A stretch of DNA of 64,000 nucleotides from an uncultured Pseudomonadota bacterium (GCA_902771695.1 CACXXP010000008.1:1886-65885); one strand, 5' to 3'. Shown: positions 36,859 through 48,166, numbered from the stretch's first letter. Numbers and translations: made by a program. Notes: generated by a model from the sequence alone, not told the origin.

Positions 36859-36882
36859 AAACGGGGATATTTGTCCCCGTTT
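36859..36882. terminator. Bidirectional hairpin terminator
   Basis: AAACGGGGA-TATTTG-TCCCCGTTT between convergent genes. Confidence 0.65.
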
Positions 36883-36890
36883 TATATTTC

Positions 36891-37571
36891 TTACCTTTTA
36901 CGATTAAGAAACTCTTTTTCTTGGCGTTCCCGATCGATAATCATATTGTTATATAATTGTAATAAAAATCTGTCTAATGACGCACTTGGAATACCTTCAC
37001 GTGGACACAACATATAATCCACGGTTAATTTTGCCCGCAGTATATCAAGCGCGCCACACGTATTCATATCACGTACCTTTTTATCATTTTTCATATTGGC
37101 ACGCTTTTTTACCACACCACCATCGTTTTCAGGTGGAATAAACCACGCCACCTTGATATTATAGTCGGCTGTTTCTTTGTGTTCCCTGAACCATTTTGCC
37201 ATATCTGCGGCATAACGCGGTTCAATAACATCGTAAACCATATTCCGCCCAAGATTATCCTTAATTTCGCGTTCTGGAACCCCATAGAACCATTTCGGGT
37301 CGCCTGGTTCCCATACAGCCTCGTTCACCCACAGAAACGTGGCCAATGGTTCCTTTGGTGAGATTTTTCCGTCTTTGTCTTTCTGTTCAAAATAAGATTC
37401 ATCCCGAAAAAAATATGGGTTACCTTCGCTTTCATTATCGTCTGGACGCATCGGACGTGTCGTGGCCGAACGCAGACTATAGAACAATCCATCTGGTTCA
37501 AGGCGTGTGCGTTTAAATAGCGTCTTACCCGAAGCAGATGGTCCAATAAGAAGTAATAAAACTGGTAGCAT
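36891..37571 (-). CDS. Guanylate kinase-like P-loop protein (divergent, 226 aa)
   Basis: LIGPSASGKT P-loop and SATTRPMRPDDNESEGNPYFFRDESYF (compare S-x-TTR-x-x-R-x-x-E-x-x-G-x-x-Y-x-F). The C-terminal half is not typical of Gmk. Confidence 0.5.
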   Translation of the reverse strand: MLPVLLLLIGPSASGKTLFKRTRLEPDGLFYSLRSATTRPMRPDDNESEGNPYFFRDESYFEQKDKDGKISPKEPLATFLWVNEAVWEPGDPKWFYGVPEREIKDNLGRNMVYDVIEPRYAADMAKWFREHKETADYNIKVAWFIPPENDGGVVKKRANMKNDKKVRDMNTCGALDILRAKLTVDYMLCPREGIPSASLDRFLLQLYNNMIIDRERQEKEFLNRKR

Positions 37572-37599
37572 ATTTTTCTCCTTTCTGTTTGTTATCTAT

Positions 37600-37624
37600 T
37601 AAAAGGGGCGTCAATGACGCCCCT
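37600..37624 (-). terminator. Rho-independent terminator after rpoD
   Basis: GGGGCGTC/GACGCCCC stem, followed on the minus strand by TTTTAAT. Confidence 0.6.
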
Positions 37625-37629
37625 CTCAC

Positions 37630-39717
37630 TTAATCCTCTAAAAAGCTGCGAAGCTTGCGTGCACGCGTTGGGTGTTTCAGCTTGTTTAGTGCCTTTTGTT
37701 CAATTTGACGGATACGTTCACGGGTCACACCAATATAATCACCAACTTCTTCCAATGTGCTGGTTTTGTTTGTGCTCATACCGAAACGTTGACGCAAAAC
37801 AGTTTCTTCTTTTGGATCCAATTCAGACAGAATCTGGGTCACAATTTTACGCAAATTCTTTTGTGCCGCCGATGTAAATGGATTCTTGGCCGTTTCATCC
37901 GCAATGATTTCCATACGCGAACTGTCGTCTTCGGAACCAACAGGTGCCTCTAGCGAAATTGGTTTCAGATTTACTTTCATGGCCTTGTGTATTTTATCCA
38001 CCGGCAAGTATATAATCTTGGACAATTCTTCGGCGGTTGGTTGGCGACCATATTTATGCATAAATTGACGCGATGCACGTTGAATTTTGTGTATATTGTC
38101 AATCATGTGCACCGGGATACGAATTGTACGTGCCTGGTCGGCAATACTGCGCAAAATCGCCTGTTGTATCCAATTGGTCGCATATGTTGAAAATTTATTA
38201 CCCAAACGATAGTCAAATTTATCAACGGCCTTCATCAAACCAATATTACCGTCTTGAACCAAATCAGAAAAGTCCAAACCCAAACCACGATTACTGCTTT
38301 TCTTGGCAAATTTAATCACAAGACGCAAATTGGCCTCTATCATTTCGCGCTTTGCACGGGCCGCTTCGGTTTGACCACGGCGGACCAGTTCAACAACCTT
38401 TTTATATTCGGCGGTTGGTTGTCCGGTTTCACTTGCAATTGCGGTAATATCGTTTTGTATTTTGATAATATCATCCCCGTGTTTCTTGGCAAAATTGACC
38501 CACACATTACTTTTGTGCTTTAACAATTTTTTAACCCAATTGCGATTCAATTCGTTACCAGTATATTCAGCCAAGAAATCTTCACGTTTAATCTTGTTGG
38601 CCATGGCCAGACGCAACAGTTTGCCTTCCAGCCCCATCAGCAATTGGTCACGTTCTGTCAATTTTTCCATGATTTCTGCAATACGGTCATCATTAAGGCG
38701 AATCTTGCTGACATTTTCAAACAAGGCCAGACGCATTTTGTTATATTTGTCTTCCAATTTGTCATCAGGTTTGGACGATGTAAGCAATTTTTCCATACGC
38801 ATTGCCTGCAGTTTTTGCATGCTGTTGAATGTGCGCTTTATTTTTGCAAACAAATCCAACACCATTGGCATCAGGGCTTCTTCCATTACAGGAATTGGAA
38901 CCCCAGATGTACTGCGCGGTGTATCGTCTTTTTTGACGCCGTCTTCGTCCAATTCATCTTCGTCTTCATCAACATCTTCATCATCGCCACTGACAGATTC
39001 TTCCAAATCATCCAAATCGTCATCGTCCAGTTCATCAACCTGGTCCACGCCCTTGGATTTCAATGTTTCAGAAATTGCCGCCAATGATTTTTGTTCGGAA
39101 TCAGACGAATACATTGCTTCCAGATTCACGATATAGCGCAAACGAATATCTTCATTTAACAACTGTTGATACCAATCCAGCATCGCCTTGATTGTCATAG
39201 GACTTTCGCACAGGCCATAAACCATTAAACGAGATGCGGCTTCGATACGTTGGGCAATTGCGACTTCGCCGGCGGCGGTCAACAATTGAACCATACCAAT
39301 TTGTTTCAAGTATGATTGGACAGAATCTTGAACACCCAACACCAATGTGCCGGTCTGACTGCGTTCCAATTGTTTGGCGTAATGTTCGTAATCTTCGTCG
39401 TTAACATCAACCTGTTCGGCATCAGCATTCAGCAGATTACGATATTTTTCTGCATTTTCATCGGAATCGTCATCGTAATATTTTTCAATGTCTTTGGCAT
39501 AATTTTCAGTTTCCAAAATTTCCAACCCCAAATCTTGCTTGAAAAATTCAAGAACTTCGGGCTGTTCATCGGTCGGAATTTCATCAGCATCAACCGCAGA
39601 ATTAAAATCCATTTGGGACAGATAGCCATTTTCCATAGAGGATGCGGCAAGTTTTTGCAAGTTTTCTGGCAGAGAATCTACCAATAAACGTGTTGCTTCA
39701 TCTATTTTCTTGGACAT
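37630..39717 (-). CDS. rpoD: RNA polymerase sigma factor RpoD (sigma-70) with a long acidic region-1 insert
   Basis: Region 2 ([37 protein letters not shown]) and region 4.2 ([24 protein letters not shown]). Confidence 0.96.
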   Translation of the reverse strand: MSKKIDEATRLLVDSLPENLQKLAASSMENGYLSQMDFNSAVDADEIPTDEQPEVLEFFKQDLGLEILETENYAKDIEKYYDDDSDENAEKYRNLLNADAEQVDVNDEDYEHYAKQLERSQTGTLVLGVQDSVQSYLKQIGMVQLLTAAGEVAIAQRIEAASRLMVYGLCESPMTIKAMLDWYQQLLNEDIRLRYIVNLEAMYSSDSEQKSLAAISETLKSKGVDQVDELDDDDLDDLEESVSGDDEDVDEDEDELDEDGVKKDDTPRSTSGVPIPVMEEALMPMVLDLFAKIKRTFNSMQKLQAMRMEKLLTSSKPDDKLEDKYNKMRLALFENVSKIRLNDDRIAEIMEKLTERDQLLMGLEGKLLRLAMANKIKREDFLAEYTGNELNRNWVKKLLKHKSNVWVNFAKKHGDDIIKIQNDITAIASETGQPTAEYKKVVELVRRGQTEAARAKREMIEANLRLVIKFAKKSSNRGLGLDFSDLVQDGNIGLMKAVDKFDYRLGNKFSTYATNWIQQAILRSIADQARTIRIPVHMIDNIHKIQRASRQFMHKYGRQPTAEELSKIIYLPVDKIHKAMKVNLKPISLEAPVGSEDDSSRMEIIADETAKNPFTSAAQKNLRKIVTQILSELDPKEETVLRQRFGMSTNKTSTLEEVGDYIGVTRERIRQIEQKALNKLKHPTRARKLRSFLED

Positions 39718-39749
39718 TAAAAACCCTTACATTTGTTGGTTTTATAATA

Positions 39750-40277
39750 TTATTTTTTGCTTTTGTTTGCCTTGGCAACCGCATCATGTAATGCAGATTC
39801 AGAAATCAACCCCAACACGATTGGGTTTTGGACCTGAATATCTGCGTAATTCTTGTGTGTTTTATTACGAACAGATGCCACGGTTGGATTTGTACTGCGC
39901 ATCAAACGTGCAATTTGACCGTCCGACAATTCAGGACAATTCTTCAGAATCCACATAATACCGCCCAAACGGTTTTGACGGTGCAATTTTGGTGTATACC
40001 CAATTCCCTTTTTGTTTTGTGCATTCTGGGCATTAACAATTGTTTCCAATAATGTAAGGCGTGCGTTCGGGTCTTCTTCACATTTTTTAATATCTTCACG
40101 CGTCAGTTGACCGTTCAAAATTGGGTCCAACCCTTGCATTTTTTGGGTTTCTGCATCCGCAATATTTTTAACCTCTAATTCATGCAAGCCGCAGAATTCA
40201 GCAATTTGTTCAAATGTTAATGCAGTATTTTCAATCAACCACAATGCAGTGGATTTTGGCATATATGGGTAGTTCAT
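39750..40277 (-). CDS. DUF1013 / TrcR-like alphaproteobacterial regulator (175 aa)
   Basis: MPKSTALWLIENTALTFEQIAEFCGLHELEVKNIADAE ... LTREDI pattern recalled from the DUF1013 family. Confidence 0.7.
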   Translation of the reverse strand: MNYPYMPKSTALWLIENTALTFEQIAEFCGLHELEVKNIADAETQKMQGLDPILNGQLTREDIKKCEEDPNARLTLLETIVNAQNAQNKKGIGYTPKLHRQNRLGGIMWILKNCPELSDGQIARLMRSTNPTVASVRNKTHKNYADIQVQNPIVLGLISESALHDAVAKANKSKK

Positions 40278-40352
40278 AGAATATCCTCTTGTTCGCTGTG
40301 GCTAAATATAGCACAAAATGTGTCATATTCAAGCGGTTTTTTGTAAAATATT

Positions 40353-41771
40353 TTATTGTTTTTTTACAAGTTTAAATCCGCCGAGAATATCCATCACCGT
40401 CCACCCAGACGCATCTATTTTACCGCGCAATTCATCAGCCAATGCGAAATCACGATTCTTCTTGGCATCTGCACGTTTCGCGGCCAATTCTTGAATTTCG
40501 GCCGGGGCGGTTTCTGATTCCGCCGCACGCAATTTGTTTGCGCGATCGCGCAGTTGCAACCCCAACAAATCATCAACAAAATCCAACAATGATAATTTTG
40601 TCGCCGGATTTATGGTTTGGTTTTTCAACATATCTTGAACAACGACCAATGTTTCCGCGGTTTTCAGGTTGTCGGAAATCGGCGTCAAAATCTTGTCATG
40701 CCATTCGTTATACAAATCTTGGTTGACCGGTTCCGTATCGCCCGCGGCCATTAAATCGGCAATTTTACGAACCATGTTTTTATAGCCCGCCGCCGCCGCA
40801 TCCAATGATTCAAACGAGAATTCCATAGGTTGACGATAGTGCCCGGTAAGCAACAAATAACGAAATGCCATTGGGTCATAACCTTTTTCTATCAGCCCAC
40901 GCACCGTATAGAAAGAACCAGAAGATTTTGCCATTTTTCCATCTTTCAGCAACAACCACGCCCAATGCACCCAATAATTAACCCATGGTTTACCGACGAC
41001 TGGTTCGGATTGTGCAATTTCGTTGGTATGATGAACCTTGATATGTTCTTGGCCGCCACTGTGGATGTCAAAATGATTGCCCAGGTATTTCATACTCATG
41101 GCACTGCACTCTAGATGCCATCCCGGAAAACCAACGCCCCATGGGCTGTCCCATTCCATTTGGCGTTTTACATCGGTCGGCGAAAATTTCCACAACGCAA
41201 AATCTGTAATATTGCGTTTATTATTGTTTTCAATACGGGCACCACCACGTAATTCTGACAAATTCTGGCCACCTAATTTACCATAATCGGATAATTTTGA
41301 CGTATCATAGTAAATACCATCGCCCGGAATTTCGTACGTAAACCCAAGTTTTTCAAGTTTCTGAATCAGTTCAATTTGTTCTTTGATATGGTCGGTTGCA
41401 CGTGGCATATGTGTTGGTCGCATAATATTCAACAAATCCATATCAGTTAAGCAACTGTTTATATATTTGTTTGCAATATCCCAAACAGACATATTTTCAC
41501 GGGCCGCACCCTTTTCCATTTTGTCTTCACCGGTGTCTTCGTCACTGGTCAAATGTCCGACATCCGTAACATTCATAACATGATTAACCGTATATCCATT
41601 CGCCAAAAACATACGTTTTACCATATCTCCATTGAAAAAAGCACGCATATTCCCCAAATGTTGGTCCCAATATACCGTTGGTCCGCAATTGTAAAATCCA
41701 ACATAATTTGGGGTGATTGGCACGAAATCTTCTACTTTGCGTGTCATTGTATTGTAAAGTCTTATTTGCAT
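40353..41771 (-). CDS. cysS: Cysteine--tRNA ligase
   Basis: YNCGPTVYWDQHLGNMR (HIGH-type) and KMAKSSG (KMSKS) motifs. The start at MQIRLYNT (41771) is preferred to the ORF start. Confidence 0.93.
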   Translation of the reverse strand: MQIRLYNTMTRKVEDFVPITPNYVGFYNCGPTVYWDQHLGNMRAFFNGDMVKRMFLANGYTVNHVMNVTDVGHLTSDEDTGEDKMEKGAARENMSVWDIANKYINSCLTDMDLLNIMRPTHMPRATDHIKEQIELIQKLEKLGFTYEIPGDGIYYDTSKLSDYGKLGGQNLSELRGGARIENNNKRNITDFALWKFSPTDVKRQMEWDSPWGVGFPGWHLECSAMSMKYLGNHFDIHSGGQEHIKVHHTNEIAQSEPVVGKPWVNYWVHWAWLLLKDGKMAKSSGSFYTVRGLIEKGYDPMAFRYLLLTGHYRQPMEFSFESLDAAAAGYKNMVRKIADLMAAGDTEPVNQDLYNEWHDKILTPISDNLKTAETLVVVQDMLKNQTINPATKLSLLDFVDDLLGLQLRDRANKLRAAESETAPAEIQELAAKRADAKKNRDFALADELRGKIDASGWTVMDILGGFKLVKKQ

Positions 41772-41930
41772 AACAAAATCCTTATATTTTAGTGTTGATA
41801 TAATAACAGATATATTAAAAATAGGCAAACAATATGTTTGCAAAAAAGTAACTTAACAACAACAGTAAAAATTTATAAATGGAACTGTCATAACGCAGAT
41901 ATTGTTTCAGATTTATCTGTAAAAGTCAAT

Positions 41931-42845
41931 TTAATTTTCATTTGCCCGCGGGTGGCAATGTTCATAGATATTCATTATTTCTGACATGTTGACCTTGGTA
42001 TAAAGTTGCGTAGTGGAAAGCGATGAATGCCCCAATAATTCTTGCAAACTGCGCAAATCTGCGCCATCGGACAGTAATGCTGTTGCAAAAGTATGTCGCA
42101 ACGCGTGCGGTGTTACATAGTCCGGCAATTGCAAATAACAGCGCAATTTTTCAATAACTTTTTCCGCCATGCGTGCCGACATCGGCAACCCGCGAACGCT
42201 GCGAAACAATTCATCGTCCGGCGCATTGCCACATGGGCGCGCGGCAACATATTTTTCAATTGCACGATATACCGCCGGTAATACGGGAACAATACGTTCT
42301 TTGGACCCTTTGCCCACAATGCGTAATGTATCAGGATGTCCCGCAATATCGGCATTGGTAATGGATAATGCTTCGGATATTCGCAAACCACATCCAAACA
42401 ACAACGTTACCAACGCCCAATCACGTGCGGCAATCCACGGTTCATCGTTATCTATTTCACGAATTGCACCACGCATATCGGCGACATCCGATACTTCCAA
42501 TGCCTTGGATAATTTTTTAGGAATTTTTGGCGAAGATACAACACCAACGGCGTCATTCTTGATGTTTTTATGTTTTGCCAAATACTTATAAAAACTGCGC
42601 AACGAAGACAATGCACGTGCCGTTGATTTGAAAGACAACCCGCGTTTTTGCCTGTCGGCAAGCCATGAACGAAATGTTATCGTATCTGCACGTGCAAGGT
42701 CCGCCAATTCCAAATCTGTTCCACAGAATTTTCCATAAAATCGGCAAAAATCGTCCAAATCTGCCCGGTACGCATCCGCCGTATGTATGGAATATTTGCG
42801 CGTGTTTAATATATATTCAATAAAATCATCAATGACCGTGTTCAT
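41931..42845 (-). CDS. Tyrosine recombinase of the XerC/XerD family
   Basis: GCGLRISEAL (Arg), HALRHTFAT (H-x-x-R) and LLGHSSLSTTQLYTKV (His, Tyr); TAATG coupling to the upstream gene. Confidence 0.85.
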   Translation of the reverse strand: MNTVIDDFIEYILNTRKYSIHTADAYRADLDDFCRFYGKFCGTDLELADLARADTITFRSWLADRQKRGLSFKSTARALSSLRSFYKYLAKHKNIKNDAVGVVSSPKIPKKLSKALEVSDVADMRGAIREIDNDEPWIAARDWALVTLLFGCGLRISEALSITNADIAGHPDTLRIVGKGSKERIVPVLPAVYRAIEKYVAARPCGNAPDDELFRSVRGLPMSARMAEKVIEKLRCYLQLPDYVTPHALRHTFATALLSDGADLRSLQELLGHSSLSTTQLYTKVNMSEIMNIYEHCHPRANEN

Positions 42846-43573
42846 TATTTGATTTCAAATATGGCCGAAACATTGACCGTGACTTCTGTATCTTTGCCGG
42901 TAATTGCGCCGCCCGCATAACTTGCCGTATCCATTGCCATTTCCGCCTTGGCCATGCGGAAATTTGCCGTTGGACGAACAGTGTAAGAACCGCCAGTTGA
43001 ATAAGACACCGCCAACATTTTACCCGCCTTTTTATCAACGCCCGCCGCCAATGCATCTGCGCGTTCACGTGCATTTTTAACCGCCGTTTCAAGACACGAT
43101 TCCATAATCGGCTTTAATGTTTCCGCAGATGTGAACATACGCAGGTTAGATACAAACACATCTGGTTGCCCCGCAAATTTTGTTAAAACTGTTTCTATGG
43201 TATCTATACTTTTTGCCGACACATCCAATGCGATATTTGTTTCAATACCAACAAATTCAGATTTTTGTGTTGTGCGGTTCCACTCGTTTTTTTCATAAGA
43301 ATTAAATTCACTGGTTTGAACCTGAACATCTAGTGTTTTAAGATATTCGTTCATTTCTGCAACCTTTTGCGATGCCAGTTTCATAGATTTTGCGGCACTT
43401 TTATCAACGACCGACACACGAATCGTTATCGCGGTTCTGTCCTTGGGTGCAGACGTCAAACATTCGCCCCCAACCGATATGGTTCGTGGTTCTGCCAAAC
43501 GATTTATTCCCCATACGCCCAATACACAAACACATAATCCTATTGCCAAAATACCCGCTGTTTTTTCTTTCAT
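42845..43573 (-). CDS. SIMPL/DUF541-family periplasmic protein (242 aa)
   Basis: Signal/anchor GILAIGLCVCVLGVWG; overall layout of 26-kDa periplasmic immunogenic protein homologs (recognised by eye). Confidence 0.65.
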   Translation of the reverse strand: MKEKTAGILAIGLCVCVLGVWGINRLAEPRTISVGGECLTSAPKDRTAITIRVSVVDKSAAKSMKLASQKVAEMNEYLKTLDVQVQTSEFNSYEKNEWNRTTQKSEFVGIETNIALDVSAKSIDTIETVLTKFAGQPDVFVSNLRMFTSAETLKPIMESCLETAVKNARERADALAAGVDKKAGKMLAVSYSTGGSYTVRPTANFRMAKAEMAMDTASYAGGAITGKDTEVTVNVSAIFEIK

Positions 43574-43635
43574 GATAATTCCCCTTTTGTTTATTATATT
43601 TATACGGCGACATTATACTCTTTTTTGGAATTAAA

Positions 43636-43664
43636 TAAAAGAAAAATCCGCCATTGGCGGATTT
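43636..43664 (-). terminator. Rho-independent terminator after rpsD
   Basis: AAATCCGCC/GGCGGATTT stem, followed on the minus strand by TTTTCTTTT. Confidence 0.65.
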
Positions 43665-43688
43665 GTAAATGGTATGTAATGTTTCCAA

Positions 43689-44321
43689 TTAACGCGAATA
43701 GAATTCAACGACCAATTCAGGAAACATTTGAACCGGATATGGAACATCTGCAAATGCCGGAACACGTGTAAATGTTGCAACGAAATTTGCACTGTCCAAA
43801 TTGATGTAATCTGGAACATTACGTTCGCCAGATTCCAATGCCAAAACGACCAATGGCATCTGTTTTGCTTTTTCACCAACGGTAATAACATCGCCTGGTT
43901 TAACCTGATAAGAAGCGATTTTTACACGTTTGCCATTAACATAAACGTGACCATGGCTAATTAATTGACGTGACGAAAACACCGTCGGCGCAAATTTTGC
44001 ACGATACACAACGGCATCCAAACGACGTTCCAACAAACCAATCAAGTTATCTGGTGTGTCGCCCTTCATATTGTTTGCTTCCAAATAATATGCACGGAAC
44101 TTCTTTTCACCGATATTACCATAGTAACCTTTCAAGGTCTGTTTTGCACGCATCTGCTTTGCATAATCGGTCATATTACCGCCACGCGAAGTTGGACCAT
44201 GCTGACCCGGTTTGTATTTACGTTTGTTAAACGGTGATTTTGCCTGGCCCCACAGGTTTACACCTAAACGGCGACCAATTTTCAATTTACGGGTATTACG
44301 TTTTGCCCCATCTCTTGCCAT
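43689..44321 (-). CDS. rpsD: 30S ribosomal protein S4
   Basis: [22 protein letters not shown] and [11 protein letters not shown] motifs; the start at MARDGAK (44321) is preferred. Confidence 0.93.
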   Translation of the reverse strand: MARDGAKRNTRKLKIGRRLGVNLWGQAKSPFNKRKYKPGQHGPTSRGGNMTDYAKQMRAKQTLKGYYGNIGEKKFRAYYLEANNMKGDTPDNLIGLLERRLDAVVYRAKFAPTVFSSRQLISHGHVYVNGKRVKIASYQVKPGDVITVGEKAKQMPLVVLALESGERNVPDYINLDSANFVATFTRVPAFADVPYPVQMFPELVVEFYSR

Positions 44322-44477
44322 AATTTTATCCTTTTGGTTTTTATGGTGCCGGACATTTGACAGAAACCTTATCACAATCGGGACCAAAATGCACCGATGC
44401 TTAATCAGTTCTGAATTACCCAGCGGCGTTCATACTATACCATTTATTATGGAAAATCAAGTAAAATCGTATGATTC

Positions 44478-45524
44478 CTAGCGACCGTTAAATTTATTTT
44501 TAACATAATCTGCCACAACATCTGATTTGCATTTACGCAGGAACGCCAACTGTGCGTCCACAACCGCATCACCAGTACAGAACCGCATTGGCATATTATT
44601 TACCGATATCTGCAGATTATACATGCGTTTATGTATTTTATCTAACTCTTGATCATCATCAGGATATGGCCGTGGATTCAGGCGAATTTTATCATCCCCC
44701 GACATATACACAACCGGGGAATTCGCGCCACGTTGATAGAATATTCCGCCCACCCCAGCATCATAATCCAAACTGTATTTCTGAACATATTTTGTTTTGC
44801 ACACAGGGTTGTTCTTGAACTGACTAAAAATTGGTTGATACAGAATAATTTGATTGTCCGATGGTGCAAAATCTTTGATGACCGGATGTGTCACTTTTTC
44901 ACGACCTGCCTGTAATTTTCCTGATGTCCGCCCCCCAGACACCAGTGTCACATCAGTTATAATCGGAAAACCTAACTTATTTGACACCAGGTTTTCGCAC
45001 GACGCACTGGTAAAAGAATAATTGTTTATCAACATTTGGAAAACCGACGGAGAATAGACAAATATCGGCGAATCCAAACCTTCAATCAAAATGCCCTTGT
45101 CCGTCGCCGGCATATCTATTTTTTCAACAATCAACGCCCTGTCCAGTTTACCAACACGGGTGTCTATGGAAATTTTCGGTTGAAAATCGTATTTTTCTGG
45201 ATTCAGGTATGCACCCGCCAACCACAGCCCAACACGAACTTTATCAAACCAATCCAACAACGTGTTGATTTCTGTGGCATTTACCGATACCCCACCCAAA
45301 ACCTTTTGCATTACCAATTGGGCCGCAGATTCAAATTTAGAATACCGCTCATTGCAAGCCGTACACGCCGGCATGGTAAAAGCCATAAATCCAATTTTTT
45401 TATCCGGGGAATCAATAATCGGGGATTTTGTGCGACCGGTTTCACGTATAAGCCATTGCGGAATCACGTGTTCCTTGTTTTTATCAACCGGACGATGCCC
45501 ACAAAATACACACATTTTTCGCAT
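44478..45524 (-). CDS. HNH-motif N-terminal domain protein with an uncharacterised 250-aa C-terminal region (348 aa)
   Basis: CVFCGHRPVDKNKEHVIPQWL ... MPACTACNERYS (CxxC...EH...CxxCN). Confidence 0.55.
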   Translation of the reverse strand: MRKMCVFCGHRPVDKNKEHVIPQWLIRETGRTKSPIIDSPDKKIGFMAFTMPACTACNERYSKFESAAQLVMQKVLGGVSVNATEINTLLDWFDKVRVGLWLAGAYLNPEKYDFQPKISIDTRVGKLDRALIVEKIDMPATDKGILIEGLDSPIFVYSPSVFQMLINNYSFTSASCENLVSNKLGFPIITDVTLVSGGRTSGKLQAGREKVTHPVIKDFAPSDNQIILYQPIFSQFKNNPVCKTKYVQKYSLDYDAGVGGIFYQRGANSPVVYMSGDDKIRLNPRPYPDDDQELDKIHKRMYNLQISVNNMPMRFCTGDAVVDAQLAFLRKCKSDVVADYVKNKFNGR

Positions 45525-45623
45525 TTATGCCTCTTTCATGCGGACAAATATAATACATTATTATATTTTTGTCAATAAATATAATTGAAAAACCATCGCA
45601 AATATCAAACAATGTTTATTTTA

Positions 45624-46202
45624 TCAACGTCCTGGTAATGTAATTAATTCACGGGTATATGTGTAAATATCTGCATATTTTGGATTATGTTGTGATACTT
45701 TGACATGCAGATCCAATCTTCGTTTATCATAACCATACTTTTCCCAGAATAACTGGCTGGCACGATTTGTAGATTTTACGCACGCATATATACTTTTCAA
45801 TTGCAGATTGGTAATACAGTAATCTTCCAGTTCTGTCATTGCTTCTATGGTTTCTGTATTACCACGAAATGCAAGCCCCCATACCTCTGCCCTTTTGTTT
45901 ACGGTATCTATATCATCCAATCCGCATAATCCACCAATCTTGTTTTTAGAATTATAAACAATGAATTGTTGATCATAACTTATTGTTGAATCCAACCCGT
46001 GCAGGACTTTTACAAACCGTGTATCTGCAAGTCGTTTAACCACAAACCAATAAAACCTTAATTTGTTTGGTGTGATGTCACGAGCCGCCCACCAAAACCA
46101 TGGCGACAACCTTGCCCGATTGTTATCCAACAAAATATACAGTTGGTTACAGTTCAGCGTAAAGGTCACAAGATTTAACTTTTTCAATGCCAAAACATTC
46201 AC
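45624..46202 (-). CDS. GNAT-family N-acetyltransferase (RimJ/RimL-like, 192 aa)
   Basis: NKRAEVWGLAFRGN...TEAMTELEDYCITNLQLKSIYACVKSTNRASQLFWEKYGY. Confidence 0.65.
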   Translation of the reverse strand: MNVLALKKLNLVTFTLNCNQLYILLDNNRARLSPWFWWAARDITPNKLRFYWFVVKRLADTRFVKVLHGLDSTISYDQQFIVYNSKNKIGGLCGLDDIDTVNKRAEVWGLAFRGNTETIEAMTELEDYCITNLQLKSIYACVKSTNRASQLFWEKYGYDKRRLDLHVKVSQHNPKYADIYTYTRELITLPGR

Positions 46203-46225
46203 CTTAAAAAAAGTATTGTAACCTT

Positions 46226-46738
46226 TTAATGTTGCATAATATCGTTTGCCAATGTTATCAAATTTGAACGACGGCGTTGTTCCATTTCTCTATACCGGTC
46301 ATTATTATTTGCAAGGTATTTTTGTTTGGCCGGTTCAGCGAATAATCTGCACATATATGGAATAAGACCATCACTGCCAGACATTTCAAACAAATTACCA
46401 ATATTCAGTTGATATTCCGTAGTAAAATCGTGCCATGGTCTGGCTTCGGTTCTTGGAACATTTGGTGTTAAATCTTTCGGCCCCTCTTTTATGTATATTC
46501 TTTGGTTAAGCAGTGGGCTGGTTATACGATATTCCCATTTCTCACTGCCGGGCTCGCACCATGACCAATATGGCCGGGGGGCAATTTTATACTTACTTTT
46601 ATATACTGCATCTAATATTAAAAACGCCGAATACAGTTCCTCAAATCCGCGCATCTGATACAGCCGAATTTGTTCTTGGATTTCCGGCGGATATGTATAA
46701 GAAACATCACCTGTGGGGATATTTATTATTACTGGCAT
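46226..46738 (-). CDS. Hypothetical protein (170 aa)
   Basis: ORF with 23-26 nt gaps to both neighbours on the same strand. Confidence 0.5.
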   Translation of the reverse strand: MPVIINIPTGDVSYTYPPEIQEQIRLYQMRGFEELYSAFLILDAVYKSKYKIAPRPYWSWCEPGSEKWEYRITSPLLNQRIYIKEGPKDLTPNVPRTEARPWHDFTTEYQLNIGNLFEMSGSDGLIPYMCRLFAEPAKQKYLANNNDRYREMEQRRRSNLITLANDIMQH

Positions 46739-46764
46739 ATTAAACTCCTTTTTATCTAGGGGAA

Positions 46765-48048
46765 TTAAAACGCTTCGCTGCGTTCTTTAACCGTAATCGC
46801 TTTGACACGCACCATGTTCAACAAATCTAGGGATGGTTTCATTACATCATAATTGGCCAATACTTGTTGGGTCTGGGGCAATATGCGTGTGACTTCTTGG
46901 GTATAATAATTATACGTTTGGCGCAGATATTGCTTTATATACATTTTGGACGCTGTTTCCGCCATTTTTTCAACCGCTTCATCATAATACCCTAAACTAC
47001 GGCCCATATAGATTAAATCTATAAACACTTTATCGTCCAACCGTTCATACGTTTTATGTGTCCATCCCGATTGCAACACTTGAAAGAAATGTGAATTGCG
47101 TGGCAATAATTTGCTAAGTTCATCATATACTATGGGGTATTGGTAATCTGGAATTTGTCCCGTCCATTCATTTGGCGATAAAGCCATCGCACGCTTTACA
47201 TTATCTTTAAGGTCTTTATATAAAATTGGCCGTTTGCCGCAAATATAGAAATTGTCCAAAAATTTACAATTTAATGTTTCAAAGACACGATGATGTTCCC
47301 AATCATCTTTCGTTTCCAACGCAGCCAACATTACCGATTTTATATTATTCAATTTGCGTAATTCGTCATCAAACAACCGCATGCCAATTTTTTGTACATC
47401 GTTAAATTCACGCTTGGTTTGCTGGCTTACCAAATATTTATACACATTTTCCAACGCGGCAATAAACACGATAACCCGCACTGATGCAACATCAAATTTA
47501 TCCAAACCATTCTGAAACGCATTTGGCAAAGGTGCATTGTTGGGATATTTTGATGACGCCTGTCTGAATGTGCGATGGGCGCGCGCAATATCGGGCTTGC
47601 GCGCCATGCGTTCTTGCCGAGTTTTATCTGCATTTAATGTATCACAGTATAATAGATGTGCATTGCTGTTAAAATTGCCAATACTATGTGTAATAAAGTG
47701 CAATTTGATTGCCGGGTCAATATCAGAAATTGACGTTTTGGCTTTTTTCAGTGCAACAATACTTTCTATGTTTTGTATATTTGCCTGACCCGATGGACGA
47801 TCCGCCCATTGTTTTTCTATATTCAACACATGTTCCAAGAATTTTTCATTTGGGTTCAATGTATCATAGAAATCAACTATTTCCTTTTTTGCCGCATATA
47901 TACGTACCTGTTCACGATTTATATCCGCATATTGCGGGCCCAAACTGTAATCGGACTGTGCGCAATCCAAGTTATTTGTTAGTTCCCATACAAACAAATC
48001 AAATTTTATCATATCGCCGATTTTCGCGATTTCTTCTGGTTTTAACAT
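46765..48048 (-). CDS. Hypothetical protein (427 aa from MLKPEE)
   Basis: AAGGGG SD before the ATG at 48048; no recognised motif. Confidence 0.55.
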   Translation of the reverse strand: MLKPEEIAKIGDMIKFDLFVWELTNNLDCAQSDYSLGPQYADINREQVRIYAAKKEIVDFYDTLNPNEKFLEHVLNIEKQWADRPSGQANIQNIESIVALKKAKTSISDIDPAIKLHFITHSIGNFNSNAHLLYCDTLNADKTRQERMARKPDIARAHRTFRQASSKYPNNAPLPNAFQNGLDKFDVASVRVIVFIAALENVYKYLVSQQTKREFNDVQKIGMRLFDDELRKLNNIKSVMLAALETKDDWEHHRVFETLNCKFLDNFYICGKRPILYKDLKDNVKRAMALSPNEWTGQIPDYQYPIVYDELSKLLPRNSHFFQVLQSGWTHKTYERLDDKVFIDLIYMGRSLGYYDEAVEKMAETASKMYIKQYLRQTYNYYTQEVTRILPQTQQVLANYDVMKPSLDLLNMVRVKAITVKERSEAF

Positions 48049-48166
48049 AACAACCCCTTTTTTGAGGGAAGTTACCACAAAATCCGCCGCTGTCAATGAA
48101 ATATTGGGGTATCAGTGGTATGATTTTTTGATTCACATACGAAACAAATATGCTAATATTCATGCT

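Noticed and set aside
38462-39136. 224-aa and 147-aa plus-strand ORFs inside rpoD
   Set aside because: They are antisense to an unmistakable sigma-70 gene. The poly-Ser runs mirror the acidic insert of RpoD.
41931-42845. Tyrosine recombinase as a mobile-element integrase
   Set aside because: It has a Xer-type N-terminal domain and catalytic motifs. It is translationally coupled to a conserved periplasmic protein gene, with no flanking repeats or cargo. It is more consistent with chromosomal XerC/XerD.
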